From Squalus acanthias (taxonomy: Eukaryota), in NCBI GenBank assembly GCA_030390025.1, contig CM059432.1:15378001-15442000 (forward strand): a DNA stretch of 64,000 bases. The letters are read 5' to 3'. The notes beneath the pieces were generated by a model. That model saw only the letters and a list, made by a program, of their open reading frames with translations. It had not been told where the DNA came from and did no database searches. A program made the position numbers and the translations under genes. Positions 1 to 12,097 of the stretch are shown here, in pieces (the first letter of the stretch is position 1; each line of letters starts with the position of its first letter).

Positions 1-329
1 ATTTCAGACTTCCAGCCCTCATGGTTTCTTGTTTTTACCACCAGTATATAGTCGACCTGATAGAATGCATGTTGAGGTATTGTGATTTAATTTGGTGGAC
101 TGAAGCCCACCTCAATCCTGAACTCTAGCCCATGAGTTTTGAGATAGGAGCCTGACCTGACAGTCCTTCGAGCACTTTTTAAACTGCCTGGAACTCCCTC
201 CAGGACATGGCTGGTCCATGCTGCCACTGTCACCCTATCACCAGCTGCTATTTTTTTTTTTAATAATAGGTTCACCAGAGTCTGCACTGAGCAGTGTAAA
301 TACCTGCTGAAATTGAGCAGTGTTTTCAT

Positions 330-1323
330 TGATGATATATATTAATGGCCTTGACTTGGGTATACAAGGCAAAATTGCCAAGTTTGCAGATGAGATGAAA
401 CTCGGAAATGTAGTAAAAAATTAGGAGGATAGTAACAGGCTTCAGGAGGACAAAGCTAGACCGGTGAGTGGGCATCTCATTGAAACTTATAAAATTCTAA
501 CAGGACTAGACAGACTAGATGCAGGAAGGCTGTTCCCGATGGCGGGGGAGTCCAGAACCAGGGGTCACAGTCTAAAGATAAGGGGTAAGCCATTTAGGAC
601 TGAGATGAGGAGGAATTTCTTCACCCAGAGAGTGGTGAACCTGTGGAATTCTCTACCACAGAAGGCAGTTGAGGCCAATTCATTAAATATATTCAAGAAT
701 GAGTTAGATATATTTCTTAAGGCTAAGGGGATCAAGGGATATGGGGAGAAAGCAGGGACAGGGTACTGAATTTGGATGATCAGCCATGATCGCATTGAAT
801 GGTGGAGCAGGCTCGAGGGGCCGAATGGCCTACTCCTGCTCCTATCTTCTATGTTTCTATGTAAATGGGCGGACACATGGCAGATGAAACTTAACGCAGA
901 GAAGTGTGAAGTGATACATTTTGGTAGGAAGAAGGCGGGGAGGCAATATAAACTAAATGGTATAATTTTAAAGGGGGTGCAGGAAAAGAGAGACCTGAGG
1001 GTATATATACACAAATCTTTGAAGGTGGCAGGACAAGTTGAGAAGGCTGTTAAAAAGCATGTGGGATCCTTGGCTTTATTAATAGAAGGATAGAGTACAA
1101 AAGCAAGGAAGTTATGCTAGACCTTTATAAAACACTGGTTAGGCCTCAGCTGGAGTATTGTGTTCAATTCTGGGCACCACACTTTCGGTAGGATGTCTAG
1201 GCCTCAGAGAGGGTGAAGAAGAGATTTACTAGAATTGTACCAGGGATGAGGAACTTCAGTTATGTGGAGATACTGGAGAAGCTGGGGTTGTTCTCCTTAG
1301 AGCAGAGAAGGTTAAGAGGAGAG
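330..1323 (+). mobile_element. CR1-clade LINE RT fragment (5' part of a host copy, interrupted at ~472-860 and 1324-4915)
   Basis: Decayed RT motifs (YIN.LDLG..G.IAKFAD; WADTWQMKLNAEKCEVIHFGRK). The sequence resumes collinearly at 4916. Confidence 0.85.
472..860 (+). mobile_element. HER1/CR1 LINE 3' fragment nested in an older CR1
   Basis: ORF 464-769 (LIETYKIL.GLDR.DAGRLFP..GESRTRGHSLKI) plus the typical tail cctactcctgctcctat...(tctatgtt)n; imperfect flanking duplication gtgagtgggc/gtaaatgggc. Confidence 0.85.
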
Positions 1324-4300
1324 TTTATTTTTATATTCGTTCCTGGGATCTGGGCGTCGCTGGCAAAACCAGGATTTATTGCCCATCCCTAATTGCCCTT
1401 GAGAAGGTGGTGGTGAGCCGCCTTCTTGACCGCTACAGTCCACGTGGTGAAGGTACTCCCACAGTGTTATTAGGGAGGGAGTTCCAGGATTTTGACCCAG
1501 CGATGATGAAGGAACAGTGATATATTTCCAAGTCAGGATGGTGTGTGACTTCAAGGGGAACTTGGAGGTGATGGTGTTCCCATGCACCTGCTGCCCTTCT
1601 CCTTCTAGGTGGTAGAGGTTGTGGGTTTCGGAGGTGCTGTCTAAGAAGCCTTGGCGAGTTGCTGCAGTGCATCTTGTAGATGGTACACATTGCAGCCACA
1701 GTGCGCCAGTGGTGGAAGGAGTGAATGTTTAAGGTGGTGGATGGGGTGCCAATCAATTGGGCTGCTTTGTCCTGGATGGTGTCAAGCTTCTTGAGTGTTG
1801 TTGGAGCTGCACTCATCCAGGCAAGTGGAGAGTATTCCATCACACTCCTGACTTGTGCCTTGTAGATGGTGGAAAGGCTTTGGGGAGATGGTGGCATAGT
1901 GGTTAGCACTGGTGCCTCACAGCGCCAGGGACCCGGGTTCGAATCTGACTTCGGGTGACTGTCTGTGTGGAGTTTGCACATTCTCCCCGTGTCTGCGTGG
2001 GTTTCCTCCGGGTGCTCCGGTTTCCTCCCACAGTCCAAAAATGTGCGGGTTAGGTTGATTTGGCTATGATAAATTGACCCTTAGTGTTAGGGGGGGATTA
2101 AATATGTGGGGGGATGGGATATGTTAGGGGGAATTAAATACGTGGGGTTACGGGGGTAGTGTGGGATATGTGTATTGTGGGGATTAAAGCAGGGACAGGG
2201 TACTGGATTTGGATGATCAGCCATGATCGTATTGAATGGTGGAACAGGCTCGACGGGCCGAATGGCCTACTCCTGCTCCTAGATTCTATGTTTCTATGAG
2301 TCAGGAGGTGAGACACTTGCTGCAGAATACCAAGGCTCTGACTTGCTCTTGTAGCCACAGTTTTTATGTGGCTAGTCCAGTTAAATTTCTGGTCAATGGT
2401 GACCCCCCAGGATGTCGATGTTGGAGGATTCGGCGATGGTAATGTTGTTGAATGTCAAGGGGCGGTGGTTAGATGCTCTCTTGTTGGAAATAGTCATTGC
2501 CTGGAACTGGCGTGGCGCGAAAGTTACTTGCCACTTATCAGCCCTAGCCTGAATGTCATCTAGGTCTTGCTGCATGCGGGCATGGACTGCTTCATTTTTT
2601 GAGGAGTTGCGAATGGAACTGAACTCTGTGCAATCATTAGCAAACATCCCCACTTCTGACCTTATGATGGAGGGAAGGTCATTGATGAAGCAGCTGGTTG
2701 GGCCTAGGACACTGCCCTGAGGAACTCCAGCAGTGATGTCCTGGGGCTGAGATTATTGGCCTCCAACAACCACAACCATCTTCTTTTGTGCTAGGTATAA
2801 CTCCGGCCAGTGGAGAGTTTTCCCCCTTATTGCCATTGACTTCAATTTTACTAGGGCTCCTTGATGCCACACTCGGTCAATTGCTGTCTTGATGTCAAGG
2901 GCAGTCACTCTCACCTCACCTCTGGAATTCAGCTCTTTTGTCCATGTTTGGAACAAGGCTGTAATGAGGTCGGGAGCCGAGTCTTGCTATAACCCAAACT
3001 GAGCATCAGTGAGCAGGTTATTGGTGACTAAGTGCTGTGTGATAGCACTGTCGATGACACTTTCCATCACTTTGCTGATGATTGAGAGTAAACTGATGGG
3101 GCAGTAATTGACCGGATTGGATTTGTCCTGCTTTTTGTGGACAGGACATACCTTGGCAGTTTTCCACATTGTCGGATAGATGCCAGTATTGTAGCTGTAC
3201 TGGAACAGCTTAGCTAGAGGCATGGCTAGTTCTGGAGCAGAAGTCTTCAGCACGACAGCCGGGATGTTGTTGGGGGCCATAGCCCTTGCTGTATCCAGTG
3301 CGCTCAGCCGTTTCTTGATATCACATGGAGTGAATCGAATTGGCTGAAGACTGGCTTCTGTGATGGTGGGGACCTCAGGAGGAGGCCGAGATCGATCATC
3401 CACTCGGCACTTCTGGCTGAAGATGGTTGCAAATGCTTCAGCCTTGTCTTTTGCACTTGCGCGCTGTGCTCCGCCATCATTGAGGATGGGGATGTTGTGG
3501 AGCCTCCTCCTCCCGTTAGTTGTTTAATGGTCCACCACCATTCACGCCTGGATGTGGCAGAGCTTTGATCTGATCCGTTGATTGTGGGATCGCTTGGCTC
3601 TCTCTATAGCATGCTGCTTCCGTTATTTAGCACGCATGTAGTCCTGTGTTGCAGCTTCCCCAGGTTGGCACCTCATTTTTAGGTATGCCTGGTGCTGCTC
3701 CTGGCATGCTCCTCGTTGAACCAGGGTTGGTCCCCTGGCCTGATGTTAATATTAGAGTGAGGGATATGCTGGGCCATGAGGTTACAGATTGTGGTGGAAT
3801 ACAATTCTGCTGCTGCTGATGGCCCACAGCACCACATGGATGCCCAGATCTGTTCTGAATCTATCCCATTTAGCATGGAGGTAGTGCCACACAACATGAT
3901 GGAGGGTGTCCTCAGTGAGAAGATGGGTCTTCGTCTCCACAAGGACTGTGCAGTGGTCACTGCTACCAGTACTGTCATGGACAGATGCATCTGCGACACG
4001 TAGATTGGTGAGGACAAGGTCATGTAGGTTTTTCCCTTCGTGTTGGTTCTCTCACCACCTGCTGCAGGCACAGTCTGGCAGCTATGTCCTTCAGGACTAG
4101 GTCAGCTCAGTCAGTAGTGGTGCTACCGAGCCACTCTTGGTGATGGACATTGAAGTCCCCCACCCAGAGTACATTCTGTGCCTGTGCTTCTTCCAAGTGA
4201 TGTTCAACATGGAGGGGTACTGATTCATCAGCTGAGAGGAGGGCGGTAGTGGGAATCAGCAGGAGGTTTCCTTGTCCATGCCATGAGATTTCCTGGGGTC

Positions 4301-4915
4301 CAGAGTCAATGTTGAGGACTCCCAGGGCCACTCCCTCCCGTATACCACTGTGCCGCCGCCTCTGGTGGCTCTGTCCTGCCGGTGGGACAGGACATACCCA
4401 GGGATGATCATGGAGGAATCTGGGACTTTGGCTGCAAAGGTATGAAAGGCTATTGCTTCACTGGTCTGTGGGACAGCTCTCTCAATTTTGGCACAAGTCC
4501 CCACATGTTAGCAAGGAGGACTTTGCAGGGTCAACTTGTCAACTTTGTCGTGTCCGAAGCCGGTGCCAAGGTCGATCTGGTTTTATTCTTATTATTGTTT
4601 CTTGTAGCAGTTTGTTACAACTGAGTGGCTTGCTAGGCCATTGCTGTGGGTCTGGAGTCACATATATGCCAGACCAGGTAAGGATGGCAGATTTCCTTCC
4701 CTAGAGAACATTAGTGAACCAGTTGGGTTTTTAATCGACAATCCAGTAGTTTCATGGTTACCATTATTGATGCTAGCTTTTTATTCCAGATTGATTCAAT
4801 TAACTGAATTTAAATTCCACAGCTGCTGTGGGATTTGAACTCACATCGCCAGATTAGTTTGTCCAGGCCACTTGGGTTACTAGTCCAGTAACATAACCAG
4901 TATGCTACCGTTCCC
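1324..4915 (-). mobile_element. Near full-length decayed APE-RT LINE (family B, CR1/L2-group) with tRNA-like 5' head
   Basis: Minus-strand endonuclease motifs (PGYVLSHRQDR, LWVGDFNVHHQEWLGS) and RT motifs (HKKQDKSNPVNY.PISLLS, VTALDIK, MFANDCT, YKAQVRSVMEY); A-rich tail at ~1324; A box at 4897-4907 and B box at 4831-4842. Confidence 0.85.
1883..2298 (+). mobile_element. HE1-like V-SINE inserted in the family-B LINE
   Basis: tRNA head (tggcatagtgg...ggttcgaatc), V-domain tgtgtggagtttgcacattctccccgtgtctgcgtgggtttcctccggg, and an HER1-type tail. Confidence 0.9.
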
Positions 4916-5275
4916 TTGATAGTGGTATTCAAAATCATGATAGAGTAAATAGGAGAAACTGTTTCCAGTGGCAGAAGGGTCGATAACCAGAGGACACAGA
5001 TTTAAGGTGATTGGCAAAAGAACCAGAGGCATCATGCGGAAACTTTTTTTTATACAGAGAGTTGCTGTGATCTGGAATGCACTGCCTGAAAGGGTGGTGG
5101 AAGCAGATTCAATAATAACTTTCAAAAGGGAATTGGATACTTGAAGAGGAAAAAATGACAGGGCTATGGGGAAAGAGCAGGGCAGTGGGACTAATTGGAT
5201 AGCTCTACCAAAGAGCCAGCACGGGTACGATGGGCCGAATGTCCTCCTTCTGTCCGGCACCATTCTATGATTCTA
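4916..5275 (+). mobile_element. CR1 LINE 3' end (continuation of 330-1323)
   Basis: Continues the agaggagagtt|tgatag junction; TRGH-like motif and (attctatg)n tail. Confidence 0.8.
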
Positions 5276-5846
5276 ATTGTATAAGTTTCATTTAATATCC
5301 ATTTTGTTCTAATTTAATAAGTTCCGGATATGGGAATAGCGGTGGGAAAGTAGAGTTGAGGTAGAAGAACAGCCATGATCTTAATGAATGGTGGAGTAGG
5401 CTCAAGGGGCCTTATGGCCGACTCCTGCTGCTATCTCTTAGGCTCTTATGTTCTTATGTTTACTGCATTGCACAGTTTTTTAGTTCCCTATCTTCCTGGG
5501 CACAACCCCCAAATGCTGCAAAAATAAACTCCACTGTTTAGCAGCCTTTGAACTTTTGCATTAAGCGTCAGTTTCACAAGTCAGATTGTAATCTCCTATC
5601 CCCAGGGTTACATTCCTATGCTCATATGTGCTTGTAATTTAATAGGGGCTTTTCACTACTGCTCTGAATGCTGGGATATCCCACCTCCATAGCGATCTCT
5701 TGCTTGTTTTCATTCTCGAGTGAGAGAAGACAACTGCAAACCCCGCAGTAAGGTGGGGTGTGAAGAGTGAAGGAGAAACATGGAAAAAAGACAAAGTGCA
5801 AAGAGAGAAAGACAATGGAAAAGGGATAAAAGGGAGAGGAGATAAT

Positions 5847-7494
5847 GGCCCAGAAATTCGGGTCCCCACGGGTGAGTACGCGCTGTGTACTCACCCGTAG
5901 GGCCACCGGAAGTGCCGGTTTCGCGCATGCACGGAAAACCGGAAATTCCGGTCTCTTGAAGGAAAGGGTTCGCGGGTCAACTGCGTGCGCGGGAGAGGCA
6001 GCGCGCACGCAGCGAACTTCCGCTTTTTTTTACAGGTTTCTCCGTGCGGGTAAGTCCCTAGGGGGGAAAAATTCAGTTGGTTGCGCCTCCCGTTAGCGCC
6101 TTAAGAGGGCGCTAATGGGGCGCAAAGCAGCTAGCGCCCGGGCGCAGCGATGTTTGCGCCGCACGCGAACTTAACTAGACATTTTGCGGCAGCGCTAAAC
6201 TTTATCGCCGCGATCTCCTGCGCCGACAGATCATGACGTCACTCGAGTGCGAACGCCCCGGTATCGCCCCGGAGCGGATATTGAGTGGCGCCCCCTGCCT
6301 TACCGCCTGACGCTAGCAACGACAGGTTGAGGGGAGCGTTCTGCAGTCATGAAGGGAAAGGGGGAGCGCTATTTAAAGGTGACCGCTTCCTGCCTTTTAT
6401 TGTTGGTGCCATTTTTGAACTACACATTCTGAGAGAGAGAGGGAGAGACTTCTGGAGAGATTCAACGTTGTGTGAAGGAGTTTTGGGTACTGAGCAGCAC
6501 TTTGCAGGTTCATTTTGATTTGCCATTCCTTGTATCGATTTAGCAGAGACTGTGGGGGCTGCATTCTGAGCTCTTGGCCTGGTACTCTCCATTGTTCTTT
6601 CCAGCACATTTGATGTGCAGGTCTCTCCAGGCCGAGATTCAAGGCTGCAATGAGCAGGATGTGGATGGAAAGCAAGATTAACCATCCCCTTTAAGAACTG
6701 GCCCGTGCCATTGTGTGTGTGTTCCATTGCTGACTGACATCACATGAGCTTCGCCAGCGCTCTGAGGTAGCGCCTCGCTCCTCGGCCTTTGCGCCTTAAG
6801 ACAGGTGTGAAGCGCCTGATTTAGCGCTGCAATCACCTCCAGGGGCAATAAAAGTCAAGTTTGCAGTCGGTGGCGATAATTAGCGCCAGGCGCTAATCTT
6901 TGCGCCCGGCCGATATTTGCGCCCCAAACGGGGCGCGACTGAATTTTCCCCCCTAGCAGCTGTGCGTGGAAAAAGCAGGCGCAAGGCCTGCTTTTAACAA
7001 GGTAAGAGGTGAATTAAGTAAAATTGAAACATTTTTTCCACAGGTTTATCATTTTTAAATACTTTAAAGAAAGGTAAGTTTACTTTTAGCCGTTAAAAAC
7101 TTTAATAAAATTTTTCAAAAATTTAAATTTTTGTTTAAAATAGTTAATTTATGTAATTTATAGTTATTTTAAAAATGTGATTTTTTTTTTTTAATTTATT
7201 TGAAGTTTTACTTAGGTTTTGGGGCCGATCTCTATTCATAGATTTGACAGGTCTTCCTGTCAAATCTATGAATGGAGATTCCCTGCTCCGATTGGCTCCC
7301 CATGGACCACGTGATCCCAGGGGACGGTGCGAACTAACTGCGCCCCTGGGATACGCGAGCACTGCGCGCCGGCAGCTGGAGGAGGCCCAGGATCGGAATC
7401 CCACGCGGGCCCACAGCACAATGGCAGGCGCGCTATGTAAGTGCACCCGCTATGCTTGCACCCACGGGAAGCCTCCGACCCGAATTTCTGGGCC
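5847..7494. mobile_element. Non-autonomous PIF/Harbinger-like element (MITE family 1) containing a nested element
   Basis: Perfect 18-bp TIR GGCCCAGAAATTCGGGTC; 3-bp TSD AAT; collinear with the copy at 60661-61424. Confidence 0.85.
6061..6953. mobile_element. Harbinger-like MITE (family 2) nested in family 1
   Basis: TIR GGGGGGAAAA(A)TTCAG / CTGAATTTTCCCCCC; 3-bp TSD (CTA or TAG); absent from the homologous site in the 60661 copy. Confidence 0.8.
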
Positions 7495-7784
7495 AATATA
7501 TCAATGCTACTTAGCCATCTTCTGAGACAATTAGGACGCACACAGCTTCAATCAATTGGCAAGATGCAATGCTGCAGGAATACAGCTTACCACTGAAAAT
7601 CTTACAGTTAGAATTTGTCCCCTGCTCTTGGTGGATCTCAAAGTAAACCGTGGGGCCTGGGTTTAACCGGAGGCTTCAACAAACCGAATTCTACGTCAGT
7701 TCTGGGCTAAGCTACTGGAGTGGTGTCCCAGGGAGTGAGATAAAAGTGGCACCGTCATTCCTGAAACGCAAAGCGCACCATCAG

Positions 7785-8280
7785 GTTCCTGCTCCTGATC
7801 ACTGTCCAGTGAACCCCGGGTTAGATGGAGAGGCTGAATCAGCCCTGGTTCCTGCTCCTGATCCCAGTCCAATGACCCCTGGGTTAGAGGGAGAGGGTGA
7901 ATCAGCCCAGAAACCTCCTCCTGATCCCTGTCCAGTGACACATCGGTTAGAGGGAGAGGGTGAGTCAGCCCGCGTTCCTGATTCTGATCCCTTTCCAGTG
8001 ACCACTTTGTTTGGGATAGGGTGAATCAGCCAAGGTTCCTGCTCCTGATCCCTGTCCAGTGACCCCTGGCTTAGAGGGAGAGTGTGAATCAGCCCTGGTT
8101 CCTGCTCCTGATACATGTCCAATGACCCCTTTTGTTAGGGAGGGGTTGAATCTGCCCAGGTTCCTGATTCTGATCCCTGTCCAGTGACCCATGCGTTAGT
8201 GAGGGGGTGAATCAGCCCGGTTCCTGCTCCTGATCCCTGTCCAGTGACCTCTGGATTAGGGATGGGGTGAATCAGCCCAG
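7785..8280. repeat. Minisatellite, 8 units of 60-63 bp
   Basis: Unit approx. GTTCCTGCTCCTGATCCCTGTCCAGTGACCCCTGGGTTAGAGGGAGAGGGTGAATCAGCCC starts at 7785, 7848, 7911, 7974, 8035, 8098, 8160 and 8220. Confidence 0.95.
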
Positions 8281-8846
8281 CCTTCCTTATTTGAGGAAGG
8301 ATTTACTTGCATTGGAGGCAGTTCAGAGAAGGTTCACTAGGTTGATTCCTGAGTTGAAGGGGTTGTCTTATGAGGAAAGGTTGAGCAGGTTGGGCCTATA
8401 CTCATTGGAGTTTAGAAGAATGAGAGGTGATCTTACTGAAACATATAAGATTCTGAGGGGGTTTGACAGGGTAGATTCTGAAGGGGTTTGACAGGGTAGA
8501 AGCAGAGAGGATGTTTCCCCTCGTGGGGGAATCTAGAACTAGGGGGCATAGTTTCAGAATAAGGGGTTGCCCATTTAAAACGGGGATCAGGAGGAATTTC
8601 TTCTCTCAGAGTGTTGTGAATCTTTGGAATTCTCTACCCCAGAGAGCTGTGGAGGCTGAGTCATTGAGTATATTCAAGGCGGAGATAGACAGATTTTTGA
8701 AAAACAGGGCATCAAGGGTTATGGGGAGCGGGCAGGAAAGTGGAGTTGAGGCCAAGATCAGATCAGCCATGATCTTATTGAATGGTGGAGCAGGCTCGAG
8801 GGGCCAAATGGCCTACTCCTGCTCCTACGTCTTATGTTCTTATGTT
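8281..8846 (+). mobile_element. CR1/HER1 LINE 3' fragment
   Basis: [34 protein letters not shown] and tail. Confidence 0.9.
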
Positions 8847-9054
8847 CATCACCATTGGCTGGTAACTGACAAAAACCCTGGGGAAATCGGTAGGACCCCT
8901 CCCTGCTAATGAAGAGAGAGCGTTATTGGGTGCCAGCGAAGAGAAACTAAAATTGGGGTTTGGGTAGAGATGTGCCTAGACTATCCATTCCCACCCTCCT
9001 TCCCCCTCTCTCTTCACCCCATTCCCCCTTATCAGAACCAGTCAGGACTGAGTA

Positions 9055-9947
9055 AGAAAGAAAGAACTTGCATTTATATAGCGTCTTTCACGACCTCAGG
9101 ATGTCCCAAAGCACCTTACAGCCAATGAAATGCTTTTGAAGTATAGCCACTGTTGCAGTGGCCAATTTCCACATAGCCAGCTGCTACAAACAGCAATGTG
9201 ATAATGACCAGGTAATCTGTTGGTTAATGGACAAATATTGGCCAGGACTCCCCCTGCTCTTCTTTCAAATAATACCATAGGATCTTTTACATCCACCTGA
9301 GAGGGCAGACGGGGCCTCGGTTTAACCGTCGCGCATCCAATAGACGCCACCACCTCCGACTGGAGTGTCAGCCTCGGTTTTGTGCTCAAGTCTCTGGAGT
9401 GGGACTTAAACCCACAACCTTCAGGACCACGAGGCAAGTGTGCTACCAACTGAACCACAGCTGACACCTTTGCCAAAGAGTAAAGAAAGACTTGCATTTA
9501 TATAGCGCCTTTCACAACTACCGGACATCTCAAAGAGCTTTACAGCCAACAAAGTACTTTTTGAAGTGGAGTCACTGTTGTAATGTGGGAAACATGGCAG
9601 CCAATTTGCGCACAGCAAGGTCCAACAAACAGCAATGTGATAATGACCAGATAATCTGTTTTTGTTATGTTGGTTGAGGGATAAATATTGGTCAGGACAC
9701 TGGGGATAACTCCCCTACTCTTCTTCGAAATAGTGCCTTGGGATCTTTTATGTCTGCCTGAGAGCAGACAGGACCTCAGTTTAACGTCTCATCCGAAAGA
9801 CGGCACCTCCGACAGTGCAGCACTCCCTCAGCGCTGCACGGGAGTGTCAGCCTAGATTTATGTGCTCAAGTCCCTGGAGTGGGACTTGGACCCACAAACC
9901 TTCCGACTCAGAAGCAAGTGTGCTACCAACTGAGCCACAGCTGACAC
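9055..9947 (-). mobile_element. Two tandem SacSINE1-like Deu-domain SINEs (9055-9467 and 9482-9947)
   Basis: tRNA head gtgtcagctgtggctcagttggtagc and Deu core ggaggtgccgtctttcggatgagacgttaaac on the minus strand. Confidence 0.85.
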
Positions 9948-11855
9948 TGAGTATTGAGTAGACTTTGGACTAGGAAATTGTACTTAATCTAATAACACAG
10001 CACTGGAACAAAAGGAGCAGAACAACAGTTAATAACAAACACTGCACTCTGCCCTTCCAGTACTGTGATTTCTAAACGGCAACTCTCCCTCCCAACCTCA
10101 CTTGGCTGCTGCTGTTAAGTTTTCAGACTTAATTTTAAACTTGGGAGAGATTTTTTGCCAGCAGGAAGTGTCCTTTCACCCTACGTCCTCCCTTCTTGGA
10201 CTAATGGCATTCGGATTAGTGCTGTTCTACTGTATATCAATGAAGTGCACCTCTAGGGACCTAGAATGCTACAGCGAGAATAAACAAACATGAAAACACA
10301 GATTGAAATGGTCCCTGATCCATTGAAATAAATGCTGGCTGGTTGGTCTAAAAGGCTGCGGGAACGACTGCCAGCGAAACCAGGTTTCTGCATTTAACTG
10401 ATGACGCGGATCACATTTCAGATTCAGGGCACAAGAACAAAGACTCCATCAAAGAGTTCATGTTAATGTCACTGTGCTGTTGTTCCGACACAGAAGTTGA
10501 TTTTCAGCAATGTGTCAAAATGTTAAGTAAACACCACTAAGATAATCTCAAAAAAATGTTACGGATCGATTATTTATTGACATGAAAAAGAACAGCATAT
10601 TCTACACACAATGGGGGGTGGGGGGGGGCATAATTGTGGGTTTTATTTTGTGCATTTATTTTTCACAGAACAATGCAAAAAAGGATTCTTCTGTAACGCA
10701 TCCTGAAAATGGTCTTGCATAAGATCCGAAATAAAAGCAGAGAAAGCGACGAAACGCGACCTCTGTTTTTATTCTGGAGCGGCTTATGACGGGCACAAGA
10801 CAATGGGAAGAATTGTACCTACCCCCACCCAGTGAAAACAGGACCCGGGGTGGGGGGGGTGGGCAGTTAAAATGGAGCGGGCGAATCGCATGCTTCATCT
10901 CCGATCTATTGCGATTTTACAATGTCTGAATTTTCAGGCCTATGAGGAGCCCATCTGAATCAGGCAGGAGCCTTGTACATTTATGCAAACCGGGGTCCTT
11001 TATATCAATAGAACCCCCGATCTTAACCAGGAAGTAGCCATCCTAATAGCAAGAACCTGGTGAGACCACCAAAGAGGCCCTGAATGACAAGTTTAAAACT
11101 TGTGCTTCTCCGGGCCCCGCAAGGAAAGCGTAGGCCTCCCCGGCCCAGACTCCCCCTCCCCCTTCCCGAACCGCTGAAAGGTAAGAAAAATGTTTTATTT
11201 ACTTGAATGTGGAGCCAGAAGGAGCAGAAATGCTCCTCCTGACTCCACATTACAACTGTGGGCCGCTGGTGTCCACCGTTCTCCACCCCCCCCGCCCCCC
11301 CCCACCCCCCGCTTTCACCGCCTCCCCCTTGTCCGATCTCCTTTCCTTGCCCCAAACTGCCAGGACATAGCTGCAGGAGTTCCTCAGGGCAGCGTTCTAG
11401 GCCCAATGGCGTAACGTCTTCCCTAAACCTGTCTTCTTCTCCACTTCTCTCTCCTCCTTTAAGACCCCCCTTAAAACCCAACTCTTTGATCAAGCTCCTG
11501 CCCACATCTCTCCTTCTTTGGCTCCATTCCCATTGTCCTGTGTGAAGACTTTTGGGACATTTTTCTAAGGTAAAGGCACTACATAAATGCAACTTACTGT
11601 TATCTGAGCATCTTACATTTAGGAGTGTGCCCATCCTGCCCAATATATAATATATGATTCCGTAACCTAGGAGCGTAAGAATGGGACCCTCATGATCAAA
11701 ATTGGATATCATGTTTTTCACCTCGAGAGCAAGAAACATTATAATTTTAAAAACCCTACACTGTCCCTATTAGCGAGCTCACGTAACCATTCCTGTTTAG
11801 CTTTCTGGTCCTGGAGGGCTGCGGGCTTTGAAATGAGCAAGTTTCCCCTCGCTAA

Positions 11856-12097
11856 TAGGGTGGCCAACACTCCAGGACTGACAAGGAGTCTCCAAGAATT
11901 AAAGGTTAATCTCGTTGACACTGCTGCGAGCAACCCAGGAGAAAAATCAAAGGGCCGTTAATAAAACTGTTTGTTTCTTCATTTTCTTTGGAGCTGGGGT
12001 TTGGAGAAAAGGCTGTTTGACTGGGCGGGGCGGTCGGAGGCAGGACGTCATGTGATGAAACCTCCAGGAATAGGTCCAACCGAAGCTGTCAACCCGA
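11856..12097. mobile_element. Degenerate non-autonomous hAT-like element
   Basis: Ends TAGGGTGGCCAAC / GCTGTCAACCCGA resemble TAGGGTTGCCAAC-type TIRs; TSD not clearly preserved. Confidence 0.55.

Noticed and set aside
1883..1960. tRNA genes here and at other A/B-box sites
   Set aside because: Each continues into a SINE or LINE body and lacks a complete cloverleaf.
7650..8024. Pro/Gly-rich repeat protein, or a CRISPR-like array
   Set aside because: Plain tandem minisatellite with no unique spacers; later units break the frame; eukaryotic context.
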